NCBI GenBank assembly: GCA_050013395.1
Contig: JBEKFI010000010.1
Location: 1-63,502, forward strand
DNA: 63,502 bases
Source of the DNA: Verrucomicrobiia bacterium
Lineage (GTDB): Bacteria > Verrucomicrobiota > Verrucomicrobiia > Palsa-1439
Direction of reading: 5' to 3'
A program made the translations under genes and the position numbers. Below, piece after piece: positions 28,988 to 38,591 of this stretch; position 1 is the stretch's first letter, and every line of letters starts with the position of its first letter. The notes beneath the pieces were generated by a model. That model had not been told where the DNA came from and did no database searches. It saw only the letters and a list, made by a program, of their open reading frames with translations.

Positions 28988-30730
28988 ATGAAACCAATAC
29001 GCCGCACTACAACATGGCTCGGTGTGCTCTTGCTGGCAGTCGCGATTTTTTCGCGGCTGACGGCGCACGCCTGGGGCGATGATGCACCGAAACCCGATCC
29101 CGCAGACACCGCGACCGGCAACGCCAGTGACGTTCAGGATGCGAGCGGTACTCACTTCGTCGTGACGGCGCCCGCGGATCTGGGCGCGGACGACGCGAAG
29201 GACCCTCAAAAAGCGAAGACTTACGCGGAAGCGAAGAAGGCCTACGACGAGTATCTCGCACAGATGAAGGCCGAACCGCTAGCGGTCAAGCTCGCCGATG
29301 GGGTCGGACACAACCGCGTGGCCATTAACTTCATGTGGACGCTCGTTACGGGCTTCCTCGTCATGTTCATGCAAGCAGGCTTCGCATTGGTGGAAACGGG
29401 TCTGTGTCGCGCGAAGAACGCGGCGCACACGATGTCCATGAACTTGCTGATCTATCCGCTTGGCATGCTCGGATTCTATGTCTGCGGATTTGCCTTCATG
29501 TTCGGTGGCTTGGGGCCGATCGCGACGATGGGCGGCTACGGCGGGCTGAATCATGAATTCACCATCAACCTCTTCGGGAAACCGTTCGGCCTGTGCGGGC
29601 TGACAGGGTTCTTCCTCAAGGGCAGTTCATATGACGCCTCGGTGTTCGCGCTGTTCCTGTTCCAAATGGTGTTTATGGACACGACGGCGACAATCCCGAC
29701 GGGCGCGTGCGCGGAACGCTGGAAGTTCTCCTCGTTTTGCCTCTACGGCGCATTTGTCGGCTCGGTGATGTATCCGTTCTTCGGCAACTGGGTCTGGGGC
29801 GGCGGCTGGCTGGCGATGCTCGGCCAGAACTTCGGCCTCGGTCACGGTCACGTGGACTTCGCCGGCAGCTCGGTGGTGCACATGACCGGTGGCGTCATCG
29901 GTCTCATCTGGGCGTGGCTGCTCGGGCCGCGTTACGGTAAGTTTAACAAGGACGGCAGTGTCAATCCGATGCCGGCGCACAACGTGGTGTTCGCCATTCT
30001 CGGCACGTTTATTCTCGCGTTCGGCTGGTTCGGGTTCAACCCGGGCTCAACGCTGGCGGGCACCGACCTCCGCATCGCCGTCGTGGCGACTAACACGATG
30101 TTGGCTTCGGCCACGGGCGCAATGTCGTCGTGCCTATATATGTGGTGGTTCAAGACCAAGAAACCAGACCCGACAATGATGTGCAACGGGATGCTCGCAG
30201 GTCTGGTAGCCATCACCGCGCCCTGCGCATTCGTTGGCTCAGGCGGCGCCTGCATTATCGGTTTGGTCGCGGGCATTCTGGTGGTTGAGTCGGTGTTCTT
30301 CTGGGACAAGCGTGGCATTGACGATCCCGTCGGCGCGATCAGCGTGCACGGTGTGAACGGTGCTTGGGGCTGCTTGTCCATCGGTTTGTTCGCCGACGGC
30401 ACGTATGGCGACGGCTGGAACGGCGTCGCTGGCACGGTCAAAGGCTTGTTCTACGGTGGCGGCATCTCGCAGTTCTGGGCGGAGTTGATCGGCGTCACGA
30501 CCAACTTCGTCGTCATCGGCCTGACGACAGCTATCGTTTTCAAGATCGTGAGCCTGCTCTCGGGCGGCACCCAACGACCTGAAGAGGCGATTGAAATCGA
30601 AGGCGTGGACATCCCCGAAATGGGCGTCCACGGCTACCATGGCTTCGTGATGGACAAGGAAGTAGAGACTCCGCATCCAAGGGGTTATCCCAGTGCGGCC
30701 AACTCGAAATCAGCCGTGTCAGCGCACTAG
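28988..30730 (+). CDS. amtB: Ammonium transporter (Amt family) with a signal peptide and an N-terminal extension
   Basis: MKPIRRTTTWLGVLLLAVAIFS.. and an Amt core (FAGSSVVHMTGG, FGWFGFNPGS, ISVHGVNGAWG). The internal ATG at 28988 is used because the upstream part of the track ORF overlaps the porin gene. Confidence 0.9.
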   Translation: MKPIRRTTTWLGVLLLAVAIFSRLTAHAWGDDAPKPDPADTATGNASDVQDASGTHFVVTAPADLGADDAKDPQKAKTYAEAKKAYDEYLAQMKAEPLAVKLADGVGHNRVAINFMWTLVTGFLVMFMQAGFALVETGLCRAKNAAHTMSMNLLIYPLGMLGFYVCGFAFMFGGLGPIATMGGYGGLNHEFTINLFGKPFGLCGLTGFFLKGSSYDASVFALFLFQMVFMDTTATIPTGACAERWKFSSFCLYGAFVGSVMYPFFGNWVWGGGWLAMLGQNFGLGHGHVDFAGSSVVHMTGGVIGLIWAWLLGPRYGKFNKDGSVNPMPAHNVVFAILGTFILAFGWFGFNPGSTLAGTDLRIAVVATNTMLASATGAMSSCLYMWWFKTKKPDPTMMCNGMLAGLVAITAPCAFVGSGGACIIGLVAGILVVESVFFWDKRGIDDPVGAISVHGVNGAWGCLSIGLFADGTYGDGWNGVAGTVKGLFYGGGISQFWAELIGVTTNFVVIGLTTAIVFKIVSLLSGGTQRPEEAIEIEGVDIPEMGVHGYHGFVMDKEVETPHPRGYPSAANSKSAVSAH

Positions 30731-30783
30731 CCAAATCAAGTGGCGGCTGAGGGCTGCAAGTGCGGCCCTCGGCCACCCAATAG

Positions 30784-31137
<354 letters not shown>

Positions 31138-31152
31138 AGCGACAATCTAAGT

Positions 31153-31167
31153 TGGCGCAGACATAGC
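31153..31167 (+). promoter_or_regulatory. Weak candidate sigma-54 promoter upstream of the second amtB
   Basis: TGGCGCagacaTAGC has GG and GC at the canonical spacing. It lies about 215 nt upstream of ATG 31384. Confidence 0.25.
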
Positions 31168-31383
31168 TCGCCACATTCGGCGTGGTGGCGAGATGTGACC
31201 ACTCTGGTCAAGAACCAACTGACCGGAGCTCGGTTTCTTTGCCCCGCAAAAGCCGGAACTCCTTGCGAAACCAGCGATTGCGCATTTCGCACTCTCGCTC
31301 GGCACAATCATTGCCTACCGAACGTGGGTTCGTCTCTTAACTGTGTCGACGGGATTAAAACTTATCCACGGAGATCATCTCTT

Positions 31384-32838
31384 ATGAACCGAAGAATCGT
31401 GGCGGTGTTTGTCGGGATGCTTCTGTCAGTCGCGGGTGGATGGCTTTGTCCCGTGCGCGCAGGCGCGGCAGTTACAGTGTCTGCCGAGCCGACACTGGAG
31501 CAGCGCGTTGAGGACCTCGAAGCATACGTCAACAACGCGGCGCGCGGCGCAAATGCCGCCGATGCGAAAGTGACCACGAAGATCGCCGGCCCAGGCCCCG
31601 GGCACAACGCGTGGATGATGACCTCGTCGGCGCTGGTGCTGTTCATGACGTTGCCCGGCCTGGCGCTGTTTTACGGCGGTCTTGTGCGTCGCAAGAACGT
31701 GTTGTCCGTGCTCGCGCAATGTCTCGGCATCGCCGGATTGGTGACGGTGTTGTGGTGGGCGGTCGGATACAGTTTCGCGTTCGCGCCCGGCAAACCGTTT
31801 CTTGGCGGGTTGAAATACGCTTTCCTGCGCGGTGTGGACGGCGCGCCGAACACCGACTACGCCTACTGGGTCTCACACAATGTTTTCTCCATGTATCAAC
31901 TGATGTTTGCCATCATCACGCCGGCGTTGATCATCGGCGCGATTGCCGAGCGCGTGAGGTTTTTGTCCGTGCTGGCGTTTGTCGGCCTGTGGATGTTTGT
32001 CGTCTATTTCCCCCTCGCACACATGGTCTGGGGGATCGACGGGCTGATGAACGGCGTGTGGAACGCCAACGCGAAAATCAAGGCCATCGATTTCGCCGGC
32101 GGCACGGTAGTCCACATGTCGTCGGGCTGGTCGGCGTTAATCCTGTGCCTGATTCTCGGCAAGCGACTTGGGTTCGGCAAAGAGATCATGGCCCCGCACA
32201 ACATGGTGCTCTGCATGGTCGGCACCGGCATGTTGTGGGTCGGCTGGTATGGGTTCAACGCGGGCAGCGCGCTAGGGGCCGACGGGATCGCAGGCAATGC
32301 GTTCATGACGACGACCATCGCCGCGGCGGTTGCCTCCGCGACATGGGCGGTTGCCGAACTCGTAATGCGCGGCAAGGCCAGCATCCTCGGGTTCTGCTCC
32401 GGTGTGGTGGCGGGGCTGGTGGTGATCACGCCCGCCGCGGGTTTCGTCACGGCGACCGGCGCGGTGATCATCGGTTTGCTGGCAGGTCTGGTGCCATTCT
32501 TCGCCGTCGTGAAACTGAGAGGGTGGTTGGGCTACGATGACGCGCTCGACACGTTTGGCGTGCACGCCATCGGCGGCACGCTCGGCGCGTTTCTCACCGG
32601 GCTGTTGGCCACCAGCGACGCAAACCCGAACGTGCTGACGAATCTCAAAGGCATCGTGGGACACACGTTGTGGCTGCACCAACTCGGGGCGATTGGCGTT
32701 ACGCTCGTTCTGGCTGTTGTGGGAACGACCATCATCGCCTTGGTGGTCAAAGCCGTCATCGGATTGCGTCCCGACCCGGAAGAGGAAACCCAGGGGCTCG
32801 ACATTGCCGAGCACGGCGAAGAGGGCTACGTCTTATAA
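31384..32838 (+). CDS. amtB: Ammonium transporter (AmtB type)
   Basis: Signal peptide MNRRIVAVFVGMLLSVAGG, then DFAGGTVVHMSSGW, WYGFNAGSA and FGVHAIGGTLGA. Confidence 0.9.
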   Translation: MNRRIVAVFVGMLLSVAGGWLCPVRAGAAVTVSAEPTLEQRVEDLEAYVNNAARGANAADAKVTTKIAGPGPGHNAWMMTSSALVLFMTLPGLALFYGGLVRRKNVLSVLAQCLGIAGLVTVLWWAVGYSFAFAPGKPFLGGLKYAFLRGVDGAPNTDYAYWVSHNVFSMYQLMFAIITPALIIGAIAERVRFLSVLAFVGLWMFVVYFPLAHMVWGIDGLMNGVWNANAKIKAIDFAGGTVVHMSSGWSALILCLILGKRLGFGKEIMAPHNMVLCMVGTGMLWVGWYGFNAGSALGADGIAGNAFMTTTIAAAVASATWAVAELVMRGKASILGFCSGVVAGLVVITPAAGFVTATGAVIIGLLAGLVPFFAVVKLRGWLGYDDALDTFGVHAIGGTLGAFLTGLLATSDANPNVLTNLKGIVGHTLWLHQLGAIGVTLVLAVVGTTIIALVVKAVIGLRPDPEEETQGLDIAEHGEEGYVL

Positions 32839-33192
<354 letters not shown>

Positions 33193-33218
33193 GACGGCCG
33201 CCATTCAACAACGAAGAA

Positions 33219-33252
33219 CTGCGCGAGCCCATACGGCTCGCGCAGTTTCTTT
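33219..33252 (+). terminator. Rho-independent terminator after glnK
   Basis: CTGCGCGAGCC-catac-GGCTCGCGCAG followed by TTTCTTT. Confidence 0.6.
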
Positions 33253-33309
33253 CCCCCGGAGGGGCGCATCTGATACCACCACCGACATCGTCCATAACCG
33301 ATAGGGTGG

Positions 33310-33387
33310 TTGTAGCTGCGAGCCTGCTCGCGGCCTTTGCGATGGCCGATGAGGTACGACTTGCCGCGAGCAGGCTCGCGGCTACAA
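33310..33387. repeat. REP-like composite palindrome, family 1
   Basis: TTGTAGCTGCGAGCCTGCTCGCGGC ... GCCGCGAGCAGGCTCGCGGCTACAA. The right arm is identical to the one at 7971-7994. Confidence 0.85.
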
Positions 33388-33539
33388 TCAGGTGGTAGTG
33401 CCGAGATGCGCCTGTTCTTTCCCGCCGGTACTTTTTTGCGTGAACATTGCCGCGTTGTCTGGCATACGTTTTGACCGGGCGGCGCGGTTGCCGGTGTGTT
33501 CGCCCAAATACAAACGGAGAAACTAGGACTCGCGCAAAA

Positions 33540-35033
33540 ATGAGCGCTGCAATTGTTCCCTCCTTAACGTCGCTGGCCACGCCCGGAGCGTGGCTGGCGG
33601 TTGTGGGCACGCCGACCGAACCGCACCCGCTGATGGTATTGCCGTTCGTGCTGTTGCTGCTGGCCATCGCGCTGGTGCCATTCATCCACAAGCATCACTG
33701 GGAAAACCACTATCCGAAAGTGGCGATCGGGCTGGGACTGGTAACGGTGCTGTACTACGTCGCCGTGTTGCACAACGCGCCGCGCATGTTGACGAGCCTG
33801 GTGGAATACATGGGGTTCATGGCGCTGATTGGCTCGTTGTTTGTCATCGCCGGCGGCATTCACATCAAGATGACGGGGCGCTCGACTCCAATGGTCAACA
33901 CCGGGCTGCTCGCGTTGGGCGCGTTGCTCGCAAACCTTATCGGCACGACGGGCGCGTCGATGCTGCTCATTCGCCCGTTTCTGCGGATCAACAAGTATCG
34001 CGCCGCACCGTTTCAGGTCGTCTTCTTCATTTTCATCGTCAGCAACATCGGCGGGGCGCTCACGCCCATCGGCGATCCGCCGCTGTTTCTCGGATACCTG
34101 AAGGGCGTGCCTTTTTTCTGGCTGCTGCAAGTCCCACAAGTGGTGGTCTCGTGGCTGCTGTGTATCGGAGTGCTGCTGACGCTGTTTTTCATCATCGACT
34201 CGCGCGACTTCCAGAAACACAAAAAGGAGGTCAAGCGGCGCGCGGAAGACCGGGTGGAACTGGAGGGGACGCACAATTTCATCTGGTTGTTCGTCATTAT
34301 CGGCTTGGTGCTCGCGCAGAAGGCGGAATGGTTCAAGGAACTCGAACGCTGGCTGTTGTTTCGCGCGCTGGGAGAGGTGCTGGGCTGGGGCGCGACGAAG
34401 GCGGTCGAGAGTTTCGTTACGGTGGCAGTCGCCGGTTTGATGATCGCCACAGCGTACGCGGCCTATCGATTCAGCAACCAAGACGCGCTCTATGAAAACG
34501 AATTCAGTTTCGGCCCAGTCCGGGAGGTCGGTTTCCTGTTTGTTGGCATCTTTGCGACGATGGTGCCCGCGCTCGATCTTCTGGAAAAACACGCGGCCGG
34601 ACTCGGCATCAACACCGTCCGTCAATTCTTCTGGGGCAGCGGCGTGCTTTCCAGCGTGCTTGACAACGCGCCGACGTATCTCAACTTCCTGACAGCGGCG
34701 TTCGGCTTGCAGCATATGTCGCTGGAAAACCCGATTCACGTGCAGGCGCTGCTCAATCCCGATATCGTCAACCAGTATTCGCCGCGGCAGTTGGTTGATC
34801 TCGGCCTGCACAAGCTCGATCCGAAGGCATGGGAGTTAATTGTCGCTGTCTCGCTCGGCTCGGTCTTCTTCGGTGCGTGTACGTACATCGGCAACGGCCC
34901 GAATTTCATGGTCAAGAGCATCGCCGAGTCGAGCGGAGTGAAATGCCCCAGTTTTTTCGGCTATGTCGTGAAGTACACGTTGCCGATTCTGATCCCGTTG
35001 TTCGTGCTCGTCTCGTGGCTGCTGCTGCGGTGA
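33540..35033 (+). CDS. Ion transporter superfamily permease (NhaD/ArsB/citrate-transporter-like)
   Basis: About 497 aa from ATG 33540 with more than 10 TM segments. Motifs SNIGGALTPIGDPP and SSVLDNAPTYL are typical of this family. Confidence 0.7.
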   Translation: MSAAIVPSLTSLATPGAWLAVVGTPTEPHPLMVLPFVLLLLAIALVPFIHKHHWENHYPKVAIGLGLVTVLYYVAVLHNAPRMLTSLVEYMGFMALIGSLFVIAGGIHIKMTGRSTPMVNTGLLALGALLANLIGTTGASMLLIRPFLRINKYRAAPFQVVFFIFIVSNIGGALTPIGDPPLFLGYLKGVPFFWLLQVPQVVVSWLLCIGVLLTLFFIIDSRDFQKHKKEVKRRAEDRVELEGTHNFIWLFVIIGLVLAQKAEWFKELERWLLFRALGEVLGWGATKAVESFVTVAVAGLMIATAYAAYRFSNQDALYENEFSFGPVREVGFLFVGIFATMVPALDLLEKHAAGLGINTVRQFFWGSGVLSSVLDNAPTYLNFLTAAFGLQHMSLENPIHVQALLNPDIVNQYSPRQLVDLGLHKLDPKAWELIVAVSLGSVFFGACTYIGNGPNFMVKSIAESSGVKCPSFFGYVVKYTLPILIPLFVLVSWLLLR

Positions 35034-35098
35034 CCACTCGATTGTCGGCCAGGTTCCGGGTTGACTTCCAGATGGATTGCCATTAGTGAGGCGACAAA

Positions 35099-36835
35099 AT
35101 GCGTTCGCGAAAACCTGCCATGAGCCGTACCACGAAGGAACGATTGGGACAGCCTGATCGGCTGCGCCGGTTCGAGTTGCTCGCCCGCGTCAGCAACGTC
35201 ATCAATTCCTCGCTTGAGCCGAAAACGGTTCTCAACCTAGTTCTCCGCGAAGCAGTGGACATCATGCACGCCACAAGCGGCTCGATCGTCCTTATCGACC
35301 CTCACACGCAGCTCCTCGAAATCGAAGTCGCCATCGGACTCAGCAAGGAAGCCCGGAAACTGAAGCTGGCCATCGGGCGCGGCGTGACGGGCTGGGTCGC
35401 CAAGACCGGCAAGCCGTTGCGCGTCCCCGACGTCACGGCCGATCCGCGCTATGTTTCCGTCCGCAAAGACATCCGCAGCGAGCTCGCCGTGCCGCTGCTC
35501 CTCGACGGCACGTTGATCGGCGTGCTCAACGTGGATTCCACGCGCAAGGACGCGTTCAGTGTGGAGGACGAGGAATTGCTCGTCGCGCTCGGGAATCAAG
35601 CCGCGCAGGTCATTCATAATTCCTGGCTGTACCAAACCGTCGCCCACAGTGCGCGGAAACTCGAGTCACTGTTCCGCATCGCGCAATCGATTATCTCTTC
35701 GCTGAATCTGGAGGAGATCCTGCACCGCATCACGGTCGATGCCTGCCAGCTCATGGAGACGAAAGTTTGCTCGCTCATGTTGCTCAGTCCGGGACGCGAC
35801 AAGCTCGACCTGTGCGCCTGCCACGGGGCCGGTCCAGATTATCTGAGCAAACCGCCGTTGAGCGTGGACGACAGTCTCATCGGCAACGTGGTCCGCCGCG
35901 GCAAACCGACGCAGGTCTACAACGTCCAAGAGCACGACGCCTATCGACACATCGAACTGGCCCGCAAGGAAGGGTTGGTGTCACTGCTGTCGGTGCCGAT
36001 GGTGGTCGGCGACACGATCATCGGCGCGCTCAGTGTGTACACAGGGCTGCCGTATCGTTACTCGACGCAGGACATCAATATTCTCTCGACGCTGGCCAAT
36101 CTCTCCGCCGTCGCCATCGAAAACGCGCGGTTGCACCAGAAAATGGTGGGAGTCGAGGAGCAATTGCGCCACAACGAGCGCCTGAGCACGCTCGGCCTTC
36201 TCTCCGCCGAGGTCGCCCACGAAATCCGCAATCCGCTGACGGTAATGAAAATGTTGTTTCATTCCCTCGACCTGAAGTTCCCGGCGTCGGACCCCCGGGC
36301 GCGCGATGCCGAGATCATGGCCGAGAAGATGGATCACTTGAACAAGATCATGGACCAATTGCTCGGCTACGCGCGCTCCAACGAGCCAACGTTCGAGTTG
36401 GCGGACATCAACGGGCTGCTCGAAGACGTGCTGCTGCTGACCCGGCACAAACTCAGCCAACAGAAGATCGTGCTGAAGACCGCGTTGGCCAAAGAACTGC
36501 CCAAGGTCCGCATCGACCGGGGCCAGATTGAACAAGCCTGCCTGAATCTGATTCTCAACGCCGCCGAAGCCATGCCGCGCGGCGGCATGCTGACAGTTTC
36601 CACCGCCCTTCATCCCTCATCCCTCATCCTTCTCATTTTCCAGGACACCGGTGTCGGCATGTCGCCGGAGAAACAGAAACAACTTTTCGAGCCGTTCCTG
36701 ACCACAAAGGCACATGGCACCGGCCTCGGCCTCGCCATCGTCCACAAAATCGTCGTCGACGCCCACCGTGGCCAGATCGAAGTCGAGAGCGCCCCGAAAA
36801 AGGGAACGACTTTCCGCCTCCTCCTGCCTGTATGA
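35099..36835 (+). CDS. Cytoplasmic histidine kinase with two GAF domains (no adjacent response regulator)
   Basis: Two GAF-like blocks (SGSIVLID..GVTGWVAKTGKPLRVPDV; KVCSLMLL..LLSVPMVV). H-box SAEVAHEIRNPLT and G-box GTGLGLAIVHKIV. Confidence 0.85.
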   Translation: MRSRKPAMSRTTKERLGQPDRLRRFELLARVSNVINSSLEPKTVLNLVLREAVDIMHATSGSIVLIDPHTQLLEIEVAIGLSKEARKLKLAIGRGVTGWVAKTGKPLRVPDVTADPRYVSVRKDIRSELAVPLLLDGTLIGVLNVDSTRKDAFSVEDEELLVALGNQAAQVIHNSWLYQTVAHSARKLESLFRIAQSIISSLNLEEILHRITVDACQLMETKVCSLMLLSPGRDKLDLCACHGAGPDYLSKPPLSVDDSLIGNVVRRGKPTQVYNVQEHDAYRHIELARKEGLVSLLSVPMVVGDTIIGALSVYTGLPYRYSTQDINILSTLANLSAVAIENARLHQKMVGVEEQLRHNERLSTLGLLSAEVAHEIRNPLTVMKMLFHSLDLKFPASDPRARDAEIMAEKMDHLNKIMDQLLGYARSNEPTFELADINGLLEDVLLLTRHKLSQQKIVLKTALAKELPKVRIDRGQIEQACLNLILNAAEAMPRGGMLTVSTALHPSSLILLIFQDTGVGMSPEKQKQLFEPFLTTKAHGTGLGLAIVHKIVVDAHRGQIEVESAPKKGTTFRLLLPV

Positions 36836-37204
36836 AGAACCCGCCTCCGTCCCGCAGGCGCGGGACTGCGGCGGACAAGTCCGCACCGGTGAAGGCGCAA
36901 CAGCAATCAAAGCTCGGAAGCGCGGGCAGAGGACATCGGTTCTGCGTTGCAGGTGATCGGGCTAACGGCACTCAGCCCGATGCGGCTGACGGGCGGATAG
37001 CAGGATGAGCTTTCCCGACAGTTCGGGAAACGCCAGCGGGGGCGGAGACGCAACCACGAAAACGCAGAAAGGAAACAAAACCAAAAGCTGCGCTCCGCTC
37101 CGCGCTTTTAGGAAAAGAAATGAAAGACCCGTTTACCTAGCCCGGATTATTCACGAGACGCTCAAATCCGTAACAGTGCGTAACCGCGCGAACCCTCACC
37201 CTGA

Positions 37205-37260
37205 CCCTCTCCCTTGGAAAGGGAGAGGGGAAATCTCCTCGCCCCGCGTGCGGGGAGAGG
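37205..37260. repeat. Pair of GC-rich hairpins (REP-like)
   Basis: CCCTCTCCCttggaaaGGGAGAGGG and CTCGCCCCGcgtgCGGGGAG. Confidence 0.5.
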
Positions 37261-37346
37261 CAAAACTTCATGAATAAGTCAGGCCAAACAACTCGCTGGA
37301 GCTAACCACTACCCGCTGCGTGACTCGCGGCGGCTGAGCTTGACCG

Positions 37347-37493
37347 TTACAACGCCTGCAGTATCTCTTCCGGCACTTTTTAGATGCGGTCGATGCGCAG
37401 CTTTTGTGGGCCGCTTTCGCCGGCTGCTTCGACGACATCCCAGACATTCTTGTTGAGCAGCACCCGACTTGTCACGTTTGGCGTGATGTGCGT
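37347..37493 (-). pseudogene. Remnant of the 3-prime end of a greA-like gene (paralogous to 38592-38735)
   Basis: The minus-strand frame reads ..ITPNVTSRVLLNKNVWDVVEAAGESGPQKLRIDRI*KVPEEILQAL*. The intact gene ends ..ISYPAALAQTLLNKRVGDTVEASGETGPQELRIDRIEKVSAEILQTL*. The remnant has an in-frame TAA and no start codon. Confidence 0.65.
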
Positions 37494-37514
37494 CGAGATC
37501 CATGTGCTATTGGC

Positions 37515-37847
37515 ATGATTCCGAAAGAACTTGTGGCGGCGTCTTCCGAGGCGCTGATTCTGTCTCTCCTCGCCAAAGGTGAGAGTTACGGGTACGCGAT
37601 CATTCAGGAGATCAAAACCCGCTCCGACGGACACCTGCAGTGGACCGACGGCATGCTGTATCCGGTGTTGCATCGGATGGAACACGAAGGCTGGATTAAA
37701 TCGCGGTGGGTGAAAATCGAGAACGGACGCAAGCGCAAATATTACTCGCTCAAGAAGGGCGGCAAGCGCGCGCTGGACGAGCAACGCAAACAATGGCTGA
37801 AAGTCCACGATGTCCTGACCCAGTTATGGAAGGAGCAATATGTTTAA
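37515..37847 (+). CDS. PadR-family transcriptional regulator
   Basis: SSEALILSLLAKGESYGYAIIQEI...DGMLYPVLHRMEHEGWIKS..RKYYSLKKGGKRAL. Confidence 0.85.
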   Translation: MIPKELVAASSEALILSLLAKGESYGYAIIQEIKTRSDGHLQWTDGMLYPVLHRMEHEGWIKSRWVKIENGRKRKYYSLKKGGKRALDEQRKQWLKVHDVLTQLWKEQYV

Positions 37848-38505
37848 TCTCGACAAAGCTGTCGCAGACTGGCGGCGGCAAATGGCCGCCGGTGGAATCA
37901 AGACGGCAGAAGTGCTCGACGAACTGGAAAGTCATCTGCGCGACGACGTGGAGCAGCAGATGCGGTCGGGGTCAAACGCGCAGCAGGCTTTCGAAGCTGC
38001 CGTCCAGCGGATCGGCCAAGCCGGCGCGCTCCAAGCGGAGTTCGCAAGGGCTGGCGGGACAAAGGAAGCGAGACGGTGGATACTGGTCGGAATGGTTTAT
38101 TCCACGGTCGCGAGTGTTTTTTCACTGGCGATGTTGCTCGGCCTTTTCGCCTGGAGCGGCGTGAGTGTGGCGGCGCGATTGTTCGGGTCGGCGGCGGTCG
38201 CAATCACGATTCTGTCTTTCTTTGGCTGGCGGTATGGCCACAGGTTTCTTCCTGTGATCCGCAACAAGCGTGTCAGGACGGCAGTCGAAATTGCATGCGG
38301 CCTGTCGGGTGCCGTTTGGATGGCGCTCTTCAGCACGCTCGTCGTGGCGCATTTCTTCGACACATGCGACCGCGTTGATGTACGTCGCGTGGTCCAGTTC
38401 GCGATTGTGTACCTGTGGGCAATGACCCTGATGGCAATTCTTGGCGGCGTCGCTTACGGGCTGGAAGAAGCCGCCCGCCGACAGACCACGACTGCTGGTT
38501 CTTGA
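37840..38505 (+). CDS. Membrane protein with a PadR-associated N-terminal helical prefix domain
   Basis: Overlaps the padR stop by 8 nt. The N-terminal 75 aa (LDKAVADWRRQMAAGGIKTAEVLDELESHLRDDVE) resemble the prefix domain commonly encoded after PadR genes. Four TM segments follow. Confidence 0.6.
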   Translation: MFNLDKAVADWRRQMAAGGIKTAEVLDELESHLRDDVEQQMRSGSNAQQAFEAAVQRIGQAGALQAEFARAGGTKEARRWILVGMVYSTVASVFSLAMLLGLFAWSGVSVAARLFGSAAVAITILSFFGWRYGHRFLPVIRNKRVRTAVEIACGLSGAVWMALFSTLVVAHFFDTCDRVDVRRVVQFAIVYLWAMTLMAILGGVAYGLEEAARRQTTTAGS

Positions 38506-38591
38506 AAAAACAGTTTCCGTCTGAATTCGCAGTCCATTCTGTTTGTCACCTACTTCATCAGAGGCATCACGTTCATCTCTTTACAGACTGG

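Noticed and set aside
28035-28997. 320-aa minus-strand ORF opposite the porin
   Set aside because: It is antisense to the beta-barrel porin frames and its composition is atypical (Arg/Val/Gly-rich).
33564-34811. 415-aa minus-strand ORF opposite the NhaD/ArsB-like permease
   Set aside because: It is an Arg/Gln/His-rich antisense frame, whereas the plus-strand product has a coherent multi-TM pattern.
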